Assembly (NCBI GenBank): GCA_024137785.1
Contig: JAHRHZ010000032.1
Span: 12,404,660 to 12,468,659 of the forward strand
DNA: 64,000 bases
Source: Ginglymostoma cirratum
Lineage: Eukaryota
Direction: 5' to 3'
Shown piece after piece: positions 62,677-64,000 of the stretch. How positions within the stretch are numbered: the stretch's first letter is position 1; the number at the start of each line of letters is the position of its first letter. The notes under the pieces were generated by a model, which ran no database searches, had not been told where the DNA came from, and saw only the letters and a program-made list of their open reading frames with translations. The position numbers were made by a program, and so were the translations under genes.

Positions 62677-62835
62677 GGAGACAGTAAGGGCTGCAGATGC
62701 TGGAAGCTAGACTCAATAGATATGGAGCTGGAGAAGCACAGCAGGTCAAACAGCATCCGAGGAGCAGGAGAGTCAACGTTTCGGGTCAACACCCTTAGTC
62801 AGGACTGTACTTTTCCAGCTCCACATTTATTGATG
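62677..62835 (-). mobile_element. PLE pseudo-LTR element (second subfamily) with a short inverted arm
   Basis: CTGCAGATGCTGGAAG..ATGGAGCTGGAGAAGCACAGCAGG..; inverted TTTCCAGCTCCACATTTATTGA. Confidence 0.7.
62771..62806 (-). ncRNA. Minimal type I hammerhead ribozyme, one core substitution
   Basis: Minus strand AGTC-CTGACTA-A-GGGT-GTTG-ACCC-GAAAC-GTT-GACT: stems I and II pair and stem III is the palindromic AACGTT; CUGANGA reads CUGACUA. Confidence 0.6.
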
Positions 62836-64000
62836 CACATTTCATTTCTTTTTATTATACTAATTATAACTTTCCACATGGTCCTCTAATCTTTCTTACA
62901 TGCCGTACTTTAAAATAACGATCTGGGTTTAAATTTATATCATATTAGGTTAAAATGTAAACTGGTGGTAAAATCTCCACAAATGCAGTGCAGCTGATGA
63001 TATCTTGCAGTGAATCAGTGTTAAATTCTAGCTGTTGGATAATTTTACAAATGTGATAATTTAATAATACTTGTTACACAGTATGGGAAAGCAATGCTAA
63101 CATTGTAAAATTAAATGCATTTGGGTAACTGTTTAAGCTTTGTTCACCATATTTTAAAATTTGAAAGGTAATGTTTTCTAAGCGTTTAAAGATATTTTGA
63201 TAGGGTAAAATAAAATATTCCCTTACAAGTGCAAAACATCAGTTAAAAATATTTAACTTCCATTGATTTAATTCACCTGGAGTTTTATGGAATGCTATAT
63301 TCTCAGTGGGAACAGACAATTGTAAACTATTCCTTTATCAGGATGTTGAATAAATAGTTATACAATATTTCTACCTATTTTTCTTATATTCCCCACCAAA
63401 TTAAAATAGCTCTTCCAAGCTGTTGCTAGATTTTAACATACCGATAAGTATCGCCACCTCATTACCAAATCCCAAATTGATTACCATAATCTAAGAAATT
63501 AAGAACAGGAGTCTGGATTATATTGAAGGTATAGTGGATTAAACAGCTGTGGATCATACCAAATCTGTCTGTTTTGTTCCAGCATGTGGCTTGAATATTC
63601 TAACTAATTGAATGAATGCTTAATTTATATTTCTGCCGTTTTTCATGTCTTTCATGTTTCTGTCCCATCTTTGATTTTTCTTTACTTGATGTGTTACTGT
63701 AGAATACATTCTGTAGTTTGTTTTATATTCCCAGATAAATTAACGTTTTGTTGTTCTTTCCCAAAATTCTTTTATAATTCTTGTCTACGTGTGACCTTAT
63801 TGTTAAAAGTCAACCTAACTCTCCATAGCTTATTAAAACAGAGGTAATGCCAATATTTTAAAAAAATGAATCAACATCATTGTTTCAACAGTAGGCAAGT
63901 CAATGCCGTTCAAATGAATTAAGTAGTCATCCATTTATATCACTGCCAGTAATTAGGATTTAGCTAAAAGTATATTGCTTTATGATTGTATCACCACTGC

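Noticed and set aside
1-64000. Prokaryotic systems (CRISPR, operons), rRNA or true tRNA genes
   Set aside because: The sequence is vertebrate repeat-rich DNA; tRNA-like boxes occur only as SINE heads and there is no regularly spaced repeat array

Overview
AT-rich, non-coding vertebrate DNA, most likely from a shark (inferred from the repeat repertoire: HE1-type V-SINEs, CR1/HER1-type LINEs, shark-type Penelope pseudo-LTRs). I recognise no intact host gene or convincing host exon, so this looks like a large intron or gene desert. About half of the window is decayed transposons: two CR1-superfamily LINE families and their partner SINEs, a young Penelope-like (PLE) reverse transcriptase fragment running into a gap, two Gypsy remnants, and four independent PIF/Harbinger Myb/SANT gene remnants that share a splice donor. 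The most interesting signal is a set of at least seven short PLE pseudo-LTR insertions. They are mostly fold-back palindromes, carry minimal type I hammerhead-ribozyme cores, and five have 11-15 bp target-site duplications. Two contain foreign filler DNA at the palindrome centre, and one filler matches a site about 740 bp away. Also present are an unexplained ~340 bp inverted duplication next to an interstitial telomeric tract, and several repeat-free islands rich in homeodomain motifs that may be conserved enhancers. There are three assembly gaps (256-355, 25000-25399, 46222-46621). All family assignments come from motif recognition by eye; repeat boundaries are approximate and no searches were run.
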